From Candidatus Zambryskibacteria bacterium RIFOXYD1_FULL_40_13 (lineage in GTDB: Bacteria > Patescibacteriota > Minisyncoccia > Phycocordibacterales > DATDWN01): DNA of 59,065 nt. The position numbers and the translations under genes are program-made. Below the pieces are notes generated by a model. That model saw nothing but the letters and a program-made list of their open reading frames with translations, was not told where the DNA came from and ran no database searches. The first letter of the stretch is position 1. Each line of letters opens with the position of its first letter. The stretch lies in contig MHWY01000003.1 in the NCBI GenBank assembly GCA_001824295.1, positions 1 through 59,065 of the forward strand, read 5' to 3'. Positions 1 to 9,174 of the stretch are shown here, one piece after another.

Positions 1-2620
1 TGCTTCATCTGCTACTCTAACAATCTTCACTACAGTGAAGACTGGTTATCAAGGACAAACAATACCAAACACAGCTACAACAACAGCAAACCAAACAGAT
101 CCAACTCCAGGAAACAATACTTCTACAGTAACTGTTGTGGTAAATGGGTTAGTAAATCATCCACCAGTTCTAACACTTGTTGGTGCAAATCCTGCAACGG
201 TAAATGTTGGGAGTACATATACAGACCCAGGTGCTACAGCACTTGACCAGGAAGATGGAGATATCACAGCAAATATAATCGCATCAAGTACAGTAAATAG
301 TAATGTGGTTGGAACATATACAGTTATATACAATGTTTCCGATTCACAAGGCCTTGCAGCTGTTCCAGTCTCTAGAACAGTCAATGTAATTGGCCTACCA
401 GCTGTTCTTGGAAAAATATCATTCTGTCTAGTGCTTACTGATACAAATAATGCAATCGCAACATCTTCAAATGGATTACCTGCAGGTATCTTCTCAATGA
501 ATCTTGCAACCTCTACTGATTTAACAAACACCTCTATATATACAAGAAGCTGGATGACAACTACATTCTCTCCAAACAGAAGAATTATTTTGGGAACTGA
601 TTTTGATTCAGATTGTGTGACCTATGATAACCTAGCACTTGGTACTTATTATTATTCTACACTTTCTGTAACCGGTGGTTCATGGCTTACTCCACAATAC
701 AATGATCAGAATAATCATCCGATAAACAACGTATTTGATTTCTTTGCATACAGTCCAGAATTATTTAATGCAACATCAACTGATGATGCGGGTAGAAATC
801 TAAACTCCGATGGTCAGATTGTTCTAACATCAGGGAACAGGGATCAAACCTTGGTGGTGTTTGAAAAAGATGGACCTGCTCAATGTGTTATACCACCCGT
901 TATTACTTCATCACTCACAGCATCGGGTTTCGTTGGACAACCATTTACTTATACAGTGACAGCGAACTCAGTTTCGACAACAACATATTCTGTTACAGGA
1001 CTTCCTGCTGGTTTAACTTTCTCAACAACAACAAATACAATCAGTGGAACACCAACCACCGCTGGAGTATTTAACATAACACTGAATGCTGTTAATGAGT
1101 GTGTTGCTGGTATCGATACAAAAATTTTAGTACTTACAATAACAACCCCAACATCATCAGCCGATATATCAGTGGTTAAAACTGCTGATAAAACTTCAGT
1201 AAATACTGGAGATGCAGTGACCTATACAATTACAGTAACAAATATTGGAACAAGCCACGCAACTGGAGTGGTGGTTACAGATGTGCTACATGCCGGATTG
1301 AATCTTACTACGTATGCTTTCTCTAGTGGTACATTTGCTACAACAACCGGAGTATGGACAATAGGCAATTTGAATCATGGCTCATCAACAACAATGACTC
1401 TTGCCACAACAATAAAGGCGGGATATCAGGGCCAAACCATACCAAACACTGCGGTTGGAACATCTGCATTACCCGATCCAATTCCAGGCAATAACACTTC
1501 TACAGTGAATGTTTCAGTTAATAATCCAAATCCTCCTTGTACAGTAAACTGTGGTGGCGGAGGGGGCGGTGGTGGAGGCGGTGGACCAATATACCCAAAT
1601 AACCTTACAATCTTTAATGAACAAGTGGTTGAGACTGTGCCTGGTATTGCATTTGTAACATGGAATACAAACCTTCCAGCAACGAGACGGGTTGTTTACG
1701 GAAACACATCAAATCCAACAGTCGGAAGTGCGCCAAACTACGGCTACTCAGCATCAACAGAAACAGTATCATCCCCACTTCTTACTGCTCATGGAATGGT
1801 TGTCGGAATTGAGGCAAACAGAACTTACTACTTCAGAGAGATATCAACCGACATAGCAAATGGTTCAGTGAGAACAGTCGTGGGCAAAGAATTAGTTCTA
1901 AACCCTGGTATAGTTCCTAACTCTTGCTATTACCTATATGATTTCCTTAGAGCAGACTTCAATAACAATCCAGTGGAAGTTAGAAAACTTCAGGTGTTCT
2001 TACGAGATTTGGAAGGTTTCAATACGGTACAGATCACAGGTGTGTATGATGCCCAAACAATAGTTGCGCTTGATGCATTTCAAAACAGATATGCTGGAGA
2101 TATTCTTACACCATGGGGACATACCGCACCAACAAGCTACACTTATATTCTAACCAAGAAAAAAGTAAATGAAATATATTGCCAAAGAGCCTTTCCAGTT
2201 ACTCCACTAGAACAAGTTGAGATAGATAGTTACAGAGCGTTCTTACTTGGTTTGCAGGGTGCAGGAATCGTATTGCCACCTGATGTTACTATTCCACCAA
2301 CAACACCTGCCACAACAACTCCACTAACGAATGATATTATTGGTGTGGCATCAAGTACCAACAACACTACACTTGCGGGCGTTTCAACAACCACCACAGG
2401 AATTATGTCCAGGTTTACAGCAAACGTATCAGCTGCATGGGGTAAAGTAGGTGGATGGACAGGTTTAAGTTGTCCTGCGGGTGGTGGAGTAAATTGTGCA
2501 TGTAGGTTTGTTAGCTGGTTACTTCTAATAATTATTCTTGTTGTATCATATCTCTGGTATCGCGAGTGGGATCAAAACAGAAAGATAGAAAAAATTAATA
2601 AGGAAATAGATCTCAAATAA
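1..2620 (+). CDS. Large cell-surface protein, 5'-truncated (DUF11-like repeats, Ig-like domains, poly-Gly linker, peptidoglycan-binding-like domain, C-terminal TM)
   Basis: Frame is open from the window edge. Thr-rich. Repeated 'K.GYQGQTIPNTA...P.PGNNTSTV' and 'ADISVVKTADK...GDAVTYTITVTN' (DUF11-like). 'PPVLTLVGANP...YTDPGATALDQEDG' is Ig-like. 'EVRKLQVFL...TGVYDAQTIVALDAFQ' is PG-binding-like. C-terminal hydrophobic anchor. Confidence 0.8.
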   Translation, partial: ASSATLTIFTTVKTGYQGQTIPNTATTTANQTDPTPGNNTSTVTVVVNGLVNHPPVLTLVGANPATVNVGSTYTDPGATALDQEDGDITANIIASSTVNSNVVGTYTVIYNVSDSQGLAAVPVSRTVNVIGLPAVLGKISFCLVLTDTNNAIATSSNGLPAGIFSMNLATSTDLTNTSIYTRSWMTTTFSPNRRIILGTDFDSDCVTYDNLALGTYYYSTLSVTGGSWLTPQYNDQNNHPINNVFDFFAYSPELFNATSTDDAGRNLNSDGQIVLTSGNRDQTLVVFEKDGPAQCVIPPVITSSLTASGFVGQPFTYTVTANSVSTTTYSVTGLPAGLTFSTTTNTISGTPTTAGVFNITLNAVNECVAGIDTKILVLTITTPTSSADISVVKTADKTSVNTGDAVTYTITVTNIGTSHATGVVVTDVLHAGLNLTTYAFSSGTFATTTGVWTIGNLNHGSSTTMTLATTIKAGYQGQTIPNTAVGTSALPDPIPGNNTSTVNVSVNNPNPPCTVNCGGGGGGGGGGGPIYPNNLTIFNEQVVETVPGIAFVTWNTNLPATRRVVYGNTSNPTVGSAPNYGYSASTETVSSPLLTAHGMVVGIEANRTYYFREISTDIANGSVRTVVGKELVLNPGIVPNSCYYLYDFLRADFNNNPVEVRKLQVFLRDLEGFNTVQITGVYDAQTIVALDAFQNRYAGDILTPWGHTAPTSYTYILTKKKVNEIYCQRAFPVTPLEQVEIDSYRAFLLGLQGAGIVLPPDVTIPPTTPATTTPLTNDIIGVASSTNNTTLAGVSTTTTGIMSRFTANVSAAWGKVGGWTGLSCPAGGGVNCACRFVSWLLLIIILVVSYLWYREWDQNRKIEKINKEIDLK

Positions 2621-2622
2621 AT

Positions 2623-2661
2623 AAAAAGAAAGAGCCCACACAAAGTGGGCTCTTTCTTTTT
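2623..2661. terminator. Bidirectional intrinsic terminator
   Basis: aaaaagaaagagcccac-acaaa-gtgggctctttcttttt between convergent genes. Confidence 0.85.
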
Positions 2662-2697
2662 TGTACCTCCAGGCACGATTATAATATATGTGGTTTT

Positions 2698-3873
2698 TTA
2701 TTTCAACTTCAGGTTTCCATCTGCAGTGATTTTGACCGAGCCATGCATTAAATCAGGATGAAGTAAGACATTAAAGTATGTAGCGCAAGCTATCATTAAC
2801 GCATTATCTGTGGACATTTTATTTGTTGGTATTTTTATTATTAATCCAGGGTATTCTCTCTCTAGGTTTACAATCTCAGACCTTATCCGCTTGTTTGCTA
2901 TAACCCCACCCGCCACAATCAGGGTCTTGGCTGTAGTTTGGTCCAGTGCTTTTCTGGTCTTACTTAGTAGTACATCTACAACAGAATCCTCAAATTCCTT
3001 GGCAATATCCACCTTTTCTTCGTGCAAAAGCTCCCTATTGCCGTATTTGTCTCTAATATGGTATAGAACAGAGGTTTTTAGCCCAGAAAAGGAGAAGTTG
3101 AGGTTATTTGAATGAATCATTGGTCTTGGAAATTTGGCTAAGCGATGGTATTCAGGAGAGAATGTTTCTTCCGCCAGTTTGGATATTTCCGGTCCACCTG
3201 GGTAGGGGAGACAGAGCATTCTTGCTGTTTTGTCGTATGCCTCGCCAACAGCGTCATCTAAAGTTTCTCCAAGTATTTTATATTGTCCCCAGTCTTTTAC
3301 TTCAACCAACTCGGTATGACCTCCGGATATAAGAAGAGCTAGGGCGGGGAACTCTATTGGTTTATCGTCCATGCTTTCCATGAGTACAGAAACAATATGC
3401 CCCTCCATATGATTGATTGGCACAACAGGAATATTCCAAATTTTTCCGAGAGCAACTGCACAGCTTATTCCGACCCACAAAGCAGGCGCAAGGCCCGGAC
3501 CTGATGTAACACCAATGACGTCAATATCTGGTTTATCTATATTATTAAAAATTTCTCGTAAGCTCTCGTATAGTCCCTCTTCTCTGGAAAGTATTTCCTT
3601 AACATCTTTCCATATGTTCTCAGAATATTGAGCGTCAGTTTTATTGAACATAGACGCTTCAGCCAAAGCTCTTGTTAATAAATGTGGAAGATTTTTTCCG
3701 TGCTCTCTTTTTGCAAGCATTGGATAGACACCTCCATATTCCTTATGAATATCAATTTGTGAAAAAAGTGCATTACCAAGAATAGAAAAAGAAGGGGATT
3801 CTTTTTTTTCTTTTGCCTCAATAATACTAACAGCTGTTTCGTCACAAGAAGTTTCTATGGAAAGTATTTTCAT
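2698..3873 (-). CDS. tsaD: tRNA threonylcarbamoyladenosine transferase TsaD
   Basis: IETSCDET, YGGVYP..A.REH, GPGL, NHMEGH, LLISGGHT, DDAVGEAYDK, TDNALMI. Start placed at ATG 3873 because the longer ORF overlaps tRNA-Glu. Confidence 0.95.
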   Translation of the reverse strand: MKILSIETSCDETAVSIIEAKEKKESPSFSILGNALFSQIDIHKEYGGVYPMLAKREHGKNLPHLLTRALAEASMFNKTDAQYSENIWKDVKEILSREEGLYESLREIFNNIDKPDIDVIGVTSGPGLAPALWVGISCAVALGKIWNIPVVPINHMEGHIVSVLMESMDDKPIEFPALALLISGGHTELVEVKDWGQYKILGETLDDAVGEAYDKTARMLCLPYPGGPEISKLAEETFSPEYHRLAKFPRPMIHSNNLNFSFSGLKTSVLYHIRDKYGNRELLHEEKVDIAKEFEDSVVDVLLSKTRKALDQTTAKTLIVAGGVIANKRIRSEIVNLEREYPGLIIKIPTNKMSTDNALMIACATYFNVLLHPDLMHGSVKITADGNLKLK

Positions 3874-3876
3874 TTG

Positions 3877-3948
3877 TGACCTCACGGAGAGTCGAACTCC
3901 GGTTAACGGATTGAAAACCCGTTGTCCTAACCATTAGACGATGAGGCC
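3877..3948 (-). tRNA. tRNA-Glu(TTC)
   Basis: Cloverleaf GGCCTCA...TGAGGTCA; anticodon arm ACGGG-TTTTCAA-TCCGT; T loop GTTCGAC. Confidence 0.93.
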
Positions 3949-4021
3949 AAGCGAACCGAAACATTATAGCATTTTTTGTAGAAAAAGCAAAAACATGATA
4001 ATATTCAAGTACAAGTATTTT

Positions 4022-4094
4022 GCGCGATTAGCTCAGTTGGTAGAGCGACTCATTGACGTTGAGTAGGCCACAGGTTCGAGTCCTGTATCGCGCA
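4022..4094 (+). tRNA. tRNA-Val(GAC)
   Basis: GCGCGAT...ATCGCGCA; anticodon arm ACTCA-TTGACGT-TGAGT; GTTCGAG. Confidence 0.95.
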
Positions 4095-4232
4095 CAAAGA
4101 CGAAGTCTTGTGCCAGGACTCGAACAGATTAGCGGTTTACGCTTGCACCAGCAAGTGTCGCTAATCTGCGTTTTTGATTTTGGTTTTTGACGAAAAATCA
4201 AAATCGAAAAAGAGACTCCTGTATCGCGCACA
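4095..4232 (+). repeat. tRNA-trailing structured element, scaffold A (Val unit 1)
   Basis: Antisense T-arm caggactcgaac (4114-4125), core hairpin, GACG-loop hairpin, direct repeat of tRNA 3' end (4217-4232). Confidence 0.85.
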
Positions 4233-4395
4233 ATAAAGCCACCGTAAGGTGGATTTTTTGTGCGTTATAAGTAAAGTCATGTCATGACTTTACGTCAGGA
4301 TTCGAAAACCCTTGATAGTTTTTTGTGAGTCTACGAAACAAAAAACAGAAAAGGTGTACTGACCATGTAATGGTCGAGACTCCTGTATCGCGCAC
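4233..4395 (+). repeat. tRNA-trailing structured element, scaffold B (Val unit 2)
   Basis: tgtgcgttata-[hairpin 4270-4295]-caggattcgaa; core shared with the Lys element; direct repeat tcctgtatcgcgcac (4381-4395). Confidence 0.85.
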
Positions 4396-4487
4396 CCTAA
4401 TCTAACATTGGAAAAAACACAGAAGAAGATAAATAGGTACCAATAAAACAAGCCTAAAATTCTCTATATTTTAGCCTTGTTTTGTGC

Positions 4488-4517
4488 TTGACAAATGACG
4501 CCACTTGGGAATATAAT
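4488..4517 (+). promoter_or_regulatory. Sigma70-type promoter
   Basis: TTGACA-18 nt-TATAAT. Confidence 0.7.
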
Positions 4518-4523
4518 AATAAT

Positions 4524-4759
4524 GTGGGTTGGAGAGGTTCTCGGTCCCGCAGGCAGTCCCAGCACTGCCAGCCTCCTCCTTTGGTCCTCCGGGACCCCTC
4601 CACCCCACTCGTTCGTCGCTTATGCTCACGCATTCGCGACACCCTGTCCTTTCGCGGTCATCAAGGCAATGGCCAAGATGACGCACTTCGTTCCGTGACC
4701 TATCCTCTTAGGTCACACTCGCGCTCTCTCCTCGGCTTCGGCTGAGCGAGAGGGTTTTT
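4524..4759 (+). ncRNA. Candidate structured ncRNA (alternatively a leaderless 58-aa ORF at 4522-4698)
   Basis: GC-rich run of hairpins between a consensus promoter and a terminator hairpin with T-tract (4724-4759). Confidence 0.35.
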
Positions 4760-4810
4760 AAATATAAAAAAACGCAAATCTTTTTCTCACAAAGACTTTT
4801 TTAAATCATG

Positions 4811-5734
4811 TTATTTAGCACGCAGAGTTATATAAATATCCTCAAGAGCTTTAACAGCATCACCTGAAGCGATGTTGTTTTGGTGGTATAGGCCATCTGT
4901 GCAATCCCCAGCAGCCCATATGCCGAGGATACTCGTTTGTTGAGTCCTTGGGTCTGTTGGTATTTGGCCAATTTCATTGAGCTTAATTATGTTTTTTGCA
5001 AAGTCTGTTGTTGGGATTAGTCCAATTTCTACAAAAATTCCAGATACTTTTAATCTGTCCCTTTCACCCGTTATTTTGTTTCTGTAATAAAGACCATCCA
5101 CAAATTTTCCTCCCTGTACCTCGATAATTTCTGAATTATTCAAAACCTTCATATTTGGGTGAGAGAGTACTTTTTTTACTGTAATTTCATCGGCTCTGAA
5201 TCTGTCGGAACGGTTTAGTAGAGTGACACTTTTACAATAGGCTAATAGTTGGGCAGCTGACTCAAATGCGGCATTTCCACCACCAATTACGGCAACATCT
5301 TGACCCGCGAAGAGGGGACCATCACATGATGCGCAATAGATTAGTCCTCTGTTGTCATATTCTTTCGCTCCAGGAACGTCTAATTTGCGTCTGGTAGACC
5401 CTGTGGCAATAAGTATGGTTTGTGTATGGTATTCTTCTTTTTCTGTAATTACGATTAATTTTTCACCGTCTTTTCTTATGTCTTGTACTGCTTCACCTTC
5501 TTTTATTTCTAGAGATTCGCCAGAATAAGCTAATAAGTGATTCTTAAGATTTTTTGCTAAATCATTGCCAGATATCTTGATTGTGCCAATCCAGTTTTCT
5601 ATACCTTCTGAAACTGTGCTCTGTCCCCCAAAATCTGGTGTAATTAAAAGGGTTTTAAGCTTTTTTCTAGCAGAATAAACACCGGCTGACACACCGGCCG
5701 GCCCTCCACCGATTATTATTAGTTCATAAGTCAT
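4811..5734 (-). CDS. trxB: Thioredoxin-disulfide reductase family (TrxB-like)
   Basis: GGGPAG FAD motif, CASCDG redox pair, GGGNAA NADPH motif, WAAGD. Confidence 0.85.
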   Translation of the reverse strand: MTYELIIIGGGPAGVSAGVYSARKKLKTLLITPDFGGQSTVSEGIENWIGTIKISGNDLAKNLKNHLLAYSGESLEIKEGEAVQDIRKDGEKLIVITEKEEYHTQTILIATGSTRRKLDVPGAKEYDNRGLIYCASCDGPLFAGQDVAVIGGGNAAFESAAQLLAYCKSVTLLNRSDRFRADEITVKKVLSHPNMKVLNNSEIIEVQGGKFVDGLYYRNKITGERDRLKVSGIFVEIGLIPTTDFAKNIIKLNEIGQIPTDPRTQQTSILGIWAAGDCTDGLYHQNNIASGDAVKALEDIYITLRAK

Positions 5735-5738
5735 AAAA

Positions 5739-5823
5739 TGTATAAGGTATTATGTATAAAGTATAATGTATAAAAATTAACACGCATAAAACACATTATA
5801 CATAATACCTAATACTTTATACA
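5739..5823. repeat. Inverted degenerate 7-mer arrays (TGTATAA / TTATACA)
   Basis: tgtataa-ggtatta-tgtataa-agtataa... followed by the complementary array. Confidence 0.6.
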
Positions 5824-5827
5824 GGTA

Positions 5828-6985
5828 TTATTTTAACTTGCTTCTTCGAAGGAAAGCTGGTACAGCACCCCACTCATCATCATCTGTAATTTCTAGAGTT
5901 TTTTCTGGTGTTTCTTGTGTTTGTGTGGGAATAGAATTAAATATTTTACCCTTTTCTTCCTTTACCACCTCCTTGTCTTTGTTATCGCCCATTATTTGCG
6001 TTGACTGAAAAAGAGTTTTCTTTGTAAAGTTCTCTGGAAAGTTTGAGGCTATAACGGTAATTTTAACTTCACCCTTCTTTAGTTTCTCGTCTCGCACTGT
6101 TCCGAATATTATTTTTGCATTAGGGTCAACTGATTCAGTAATAATTTTGGCAGCATCTTGAATTTCAAACATTCCTAAGTCATCTCCACCAGCAATTGAG
6201 AATAGTACGCCCTTAGCCCCGTTAATTGAAACCTCCAAAAGAGGGGAATTTATAGCCATTTTTGCCGCTTCCTCAGCTCTTTTCTCACCTGTTGCCGTAC
6301 CAATGCCCATGAGTGCTGAACCAGCATTTTCCATGATAGCCTTTATGTCTGCAAAGTCGATATTGATTATTCCGGGTGTGGTGATAAGGTCCGAGATTCC
6401 CTCAACAGCAGATTTCAAAACATCATCACATGTTGCGAAAGCACTTTTTGCTGTGGTTTCTTTGCTAATAGTTGAAAGTAGTCTGTCGTTTGGAATGACA
6501 ATGATTGCATCAACAGCCAAGCGTAGCTCCTCGAGTCCGACTTCAGCAAGCTTCATTCTCTGTTGACCTTCAAAGAAAAATGGTTTTGTGATGACTGCAA
6601 CAGTTAGGGCACCCATCTCCTTGGAAATTCTGGCAATTATAGGAGCAGCACCGGTTCCTGTTCCACCCCCAAGACCACAGGTAATAAACACCATATCTGC
6701 ACCCTTGATGGCTTCTTGTATTTCTTCTTTGGTTTCCTCTACTGCCCGTTTTCCAAGTTCTGGATTCATACCTGCTCCCAAGCCGTGTGTGAGGTTCTTG
6801 CCAATATGTATCTTTCTCTTGGCCATAGAGTGATGCAGGTCCTGAGAGTCAGTGTTTACAGCGATGAAATCCACTCCTCTGACCTTCGAATTTATCATGT
6901 GGTTTAAGGCGTTTTTTCCGGAACCACCTACTCCTAGGACTTTGATTCGTGCAAATGCTTCTACGTCTGGTTTGATTTGGGGCAT
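5828..6985 (-). CDS. ftsZ: Cell division protein FtsZ
   Basis: GGGTGTG tubulin signature, NIDFAD, C-terminal VPAFLRR. Confidence 0.98.
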   Translation of the reverse strand: MPQIKPDVEAFARIKVLGVGGSGKNALNHMINSKVRGVDFIAVNTDSQDLHHSMAKRKIHIGKNLTHGLGAGMNPELGKRAVEETKEEIQEAIKGADMVFITCGLGGGTGTGAAPIIARISKEMGALTVAVITKPFFFEGQQRMKLAEVGLEELRLAVDAIIVIPNDRLLSTISKETTAKSAFATCDDVLKSAVEGISDLITTPGIINIDFADIKAIMENAGSALMGIGTATGEKRAEEAAKMAINSPLLEVSINGAKGVLFSIAGGDDLGMFEIQDAAKIITESVDPNAKIIFGTVRDEKLKKGEVKITVIASNFPENFTKKTLFQSTQIMGDNKDKEVVKEEKGKIFNSIPTQTQETPEKTLEITDDDEWGAVPAFLRRSKLK

Positions 6986-7099
6986 GTTGTTTATAATTAA
7001 GTTTAATTGGTATGGCTATAATAACAGAAAACCAAACAAATAAAAACAATTGACCCAATTACAACTTTGTGTCTTATTTTAAGCCATTTTATTGTGTTT

Positions 7100-8281
7100 T
7101 TATGGAAGAAATTGCTTTATCCATTCGCCGATTTTTCCTCCAGCTTTATTTATTGTACTACGAAGTCCAACATTTATTTTTTCCTCATTAGATGCTCCAA
7201 CCATACAAAGTCCACAGGCGACTGCCCAAATAGAATCCTTGATGTTTGTTTTTTGCCCACCAAGATTTATTGTGGCGATACGCGCTGGAAGTTTCAAAGC
7301 TGTCTTTGCAAAATCCTCTATGTCTGTAGTTGAGCTTCCTCCACCAGTAATAAATATACCTGCTGGCAAGAGTTCATTACGACCCATTTTTTTTAGATGG
7401 CTTTCAATCAGTTCAAATATATCATAAAGTCTTGCAGAAATAATTTCATCTATTTTTTTCTTTGGATATGAACTAGAACCAATACTACCCACTTTTATGT
7501 TTTCGGCGTCCTCTGGGGTAATTTTCAATCCTAGGGCTATATCATTGGTTATATCTGTTGAGCCGACTGGAAAAACCTCAAGGGAAATAGGAATATTGTT
7601 TTCAAAAACAACCAAGGAAACCGTTTCAGAGCCAATATTAACTAGCACACAGCCGGCCATTTTTTGTGATTTTGATACATTTACAAACGAAGAGGCGATA
7701 GGTGAGGCCAAGCAGTCCATAATCTCCACCCCCGCTTCATCTACTGCTTCAAGAAGACTGTTTAGGTGAGGTTCAAGGCATATAACAAAAAGCATTTTCA
7801 CCTCAAGTTTTGTACCCTTCATGTCTAGGGGGCTTTTTGCTAGTACGATTTTTCCATCAATCTTGTATTGTATCGGTATGCTGTGTAAGATTCTGTAATT
7901 CTGAATAAGGTTTGATGGCAACTCTTCCTCACATATTTCATTAAGTTTTTTTATATCCAGCTCTGTGATTTGAAGGTCTGCTCTACTAATAACAACACTG
8001 GCTGTCCCAGTAATGGCCGTAAGCCCGATTCCACCAATTGCCACAAAGGCCTTCCTAACTTTGATTCCAGAGGTTTTTTCTGCTTGTTTTATGGCTATAC
8101 TTAGGCTTTCTACAACATCATCGCTGTTTACGATGTATCCATGTCGCAGTCCCTTAGATTCAGACAATCCAGTGCCAATAACTTTTGTTATTAGTTTTTC
8201 ATTTTCTCTCACGAGTTCAGTTACCACCACTTTTATCTGGTGTGTGCCGATATCTATTCCGACTGTTGTGTTGCGCATCAT
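7100..8281 (-). CDS. ftsA: Cell division protein FtsA
   Basis: GIDIGT, GLRHGYIVN, ITNDIA, ITGGGS; upstream of ftsZ. Confidence 0.93.
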   Translation of the reverse strand: MMRNTTVGIDIGTHQIKVVVTELVRENEKLITKVIGTGLSESKGLRHGYIVNSDDVVESLSIAIKQAEKTSGIKVRKAFVAIGGIGLTAITGTASVVISRADLQITELDIKKLNEICEEELPSNLIQNYRILHSIPIQYKIDGKIVLAKSPLDMKGTKLEVKMLFVICLEPHLNSLLEAVDEAGVEIMDCLASPIASSFVNVSKSQKMAGCVLVNIGSETVSLVVFENNIPISLEVFPVGSTDITNDIALGLKITPEDAENIKVGSIGSSSYPKKKIDEIISARLYDIFELIESHLKKMGRNELLPAGIFITGGGSSTTDIEDFAKTALKLPARIATINLGGQKTNIKDSIWAVACGLCMVGASNEEKINVGLRSTINKAGGKIGEWIKQFLP

Positions 8282-8290
8282 GTAGAAGAA

Positions 8291-8372
8291 TTTTCAATTT
8301 CTAATTTTCAATTTTCAAACGAGTCCAGGTGAATTCGTTTAGAAATTAGAAATTAAGAATTAGAAATTTAGA
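8291..8372. repeat. Inverted degenerate 7-mer arrays (TTTCTAA / TTAGAAA)
   Basis: ttttcaa-tttctaa-ttttcaa... then ttagaaa-ttagaaa-ttaagaa... Confidence 0.65.
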
Positions 8373-8759
8373 TTAGATGCCAAATTGTTTTTGAAATTTG
8401 GCCTCCAATCTATCCATTCTACTACCATGTCGCATTCCTTTCAAATGCATTAAACCGTGGATAAACAAGAAAGCCACAAAGTTTGTCGGTTTTCTGTCAA
8501 ACCGTGGAGACTCTTTTTTCGCAAGTGATAGGTTAATGAAAATTTCTCCAGTCGTCTTGTCCAGCGGGAAACTTAAAATATTAGTAGGTTTATTTTTTCC
8601 TCGGTATGAATTGTTGAGCTCCTGGGATTTTTTGTTTCCCACAAAAACAAGCGAAAGACTATATTTTTTACCCAACACCACGTCCTTCATTAGAGCAAAA
8701 GACACGCTGGGGAGCGTGTTTTTTGTTTTGTTTGTTATTGTAAAGTTGTTATCTGTCAT
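8373..8759 (-). CDS. ybeY: rRNA maturation RNase YbeY
   Basis: LN..YRGKNKPTNILSFP, GEIFI, HGLMHLKGMRH zinc motif. Confidence 0.93.
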   Translation of the reverse strand: MTDNNFTITNKTKNTLPSVSFALMKDVVLGKKYSLSLVFVGNKKSQELNNSYRGKNKPTNILSFPLDKTTGEIFINLSLAKKESPRFDRKPTNFVAFLFIHGLMHLKGMRHGSRMDRLEAKFQKQFGI

Positions 8760-8769
8760 TTACTTTGTT

Positions 8770-8892
8770 AATAACACGCAAATATGGATGCAGTTCAAGG
8801 AGTCAGCGAGTATTGCGACCAAGCTGTATAGAGATACTGCGCGAGAGAAACGGAGCCAGCGACAAAGAAATGCGCCAGATTTGCGTGTTATT
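8770..8892. repeat. Long imperfect hairpin element
   Basis: aataacacgcaaat ... atttgcgtgttatt termini; overlaps the bS21 stop codon. Confidence 0.55.
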
Positions 8893-9133
8893 TTCTGCCT
8901 CCTTTTGTGTACTCTGACATCTTACCCAACTTAATAAGCTCCGCCACCTCTTCTCGTCTCCTGAGAACTTTCAGTGTTTTCTTTTGTTTGACGTAAGGGG
9001 ATAGCTTACGAGCAGAATAGCGAATACTTCGTACACGAGATAAGACCCCAGAGCCCTGGACCTTTTTTGTGAATCTTCTAATAAGATTTACATTGTTTTC
9101 GTTGCCTGTTTTTATTACTTCTGCATTTATCAT
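8888..9133 (-). CDS. rpsU: 30S ribosomal protein bS21-like
   Basis: Small basic protein with EN...LIRRFTKKVQGSGVL pattern. Confidence 0.7.
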   Translation of the reverse strand: MINAEVIKTGNENNVNLIRRFTKKVQGSGVLSRVRSIRYSARKLSPYVKQKKTLKVLRRREEVAELIKLGKMSEYTKGGRK

Positions 9134-9174
9134 AGATTTCGATTCTAGCACAAACAGCAGGGCATTTCAAGCCC

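Noticed and set aside
1552-1585. Poly-Gly tract as a repeat element
   Set aside because: Ordinary coding linker in the surface protein.
4081-4395. CRISPR array from three direct repeats
   Set aside because: The repeats are tRNA 3' ends, the intervening units are >120 bp and structured, and no cas genes are present.
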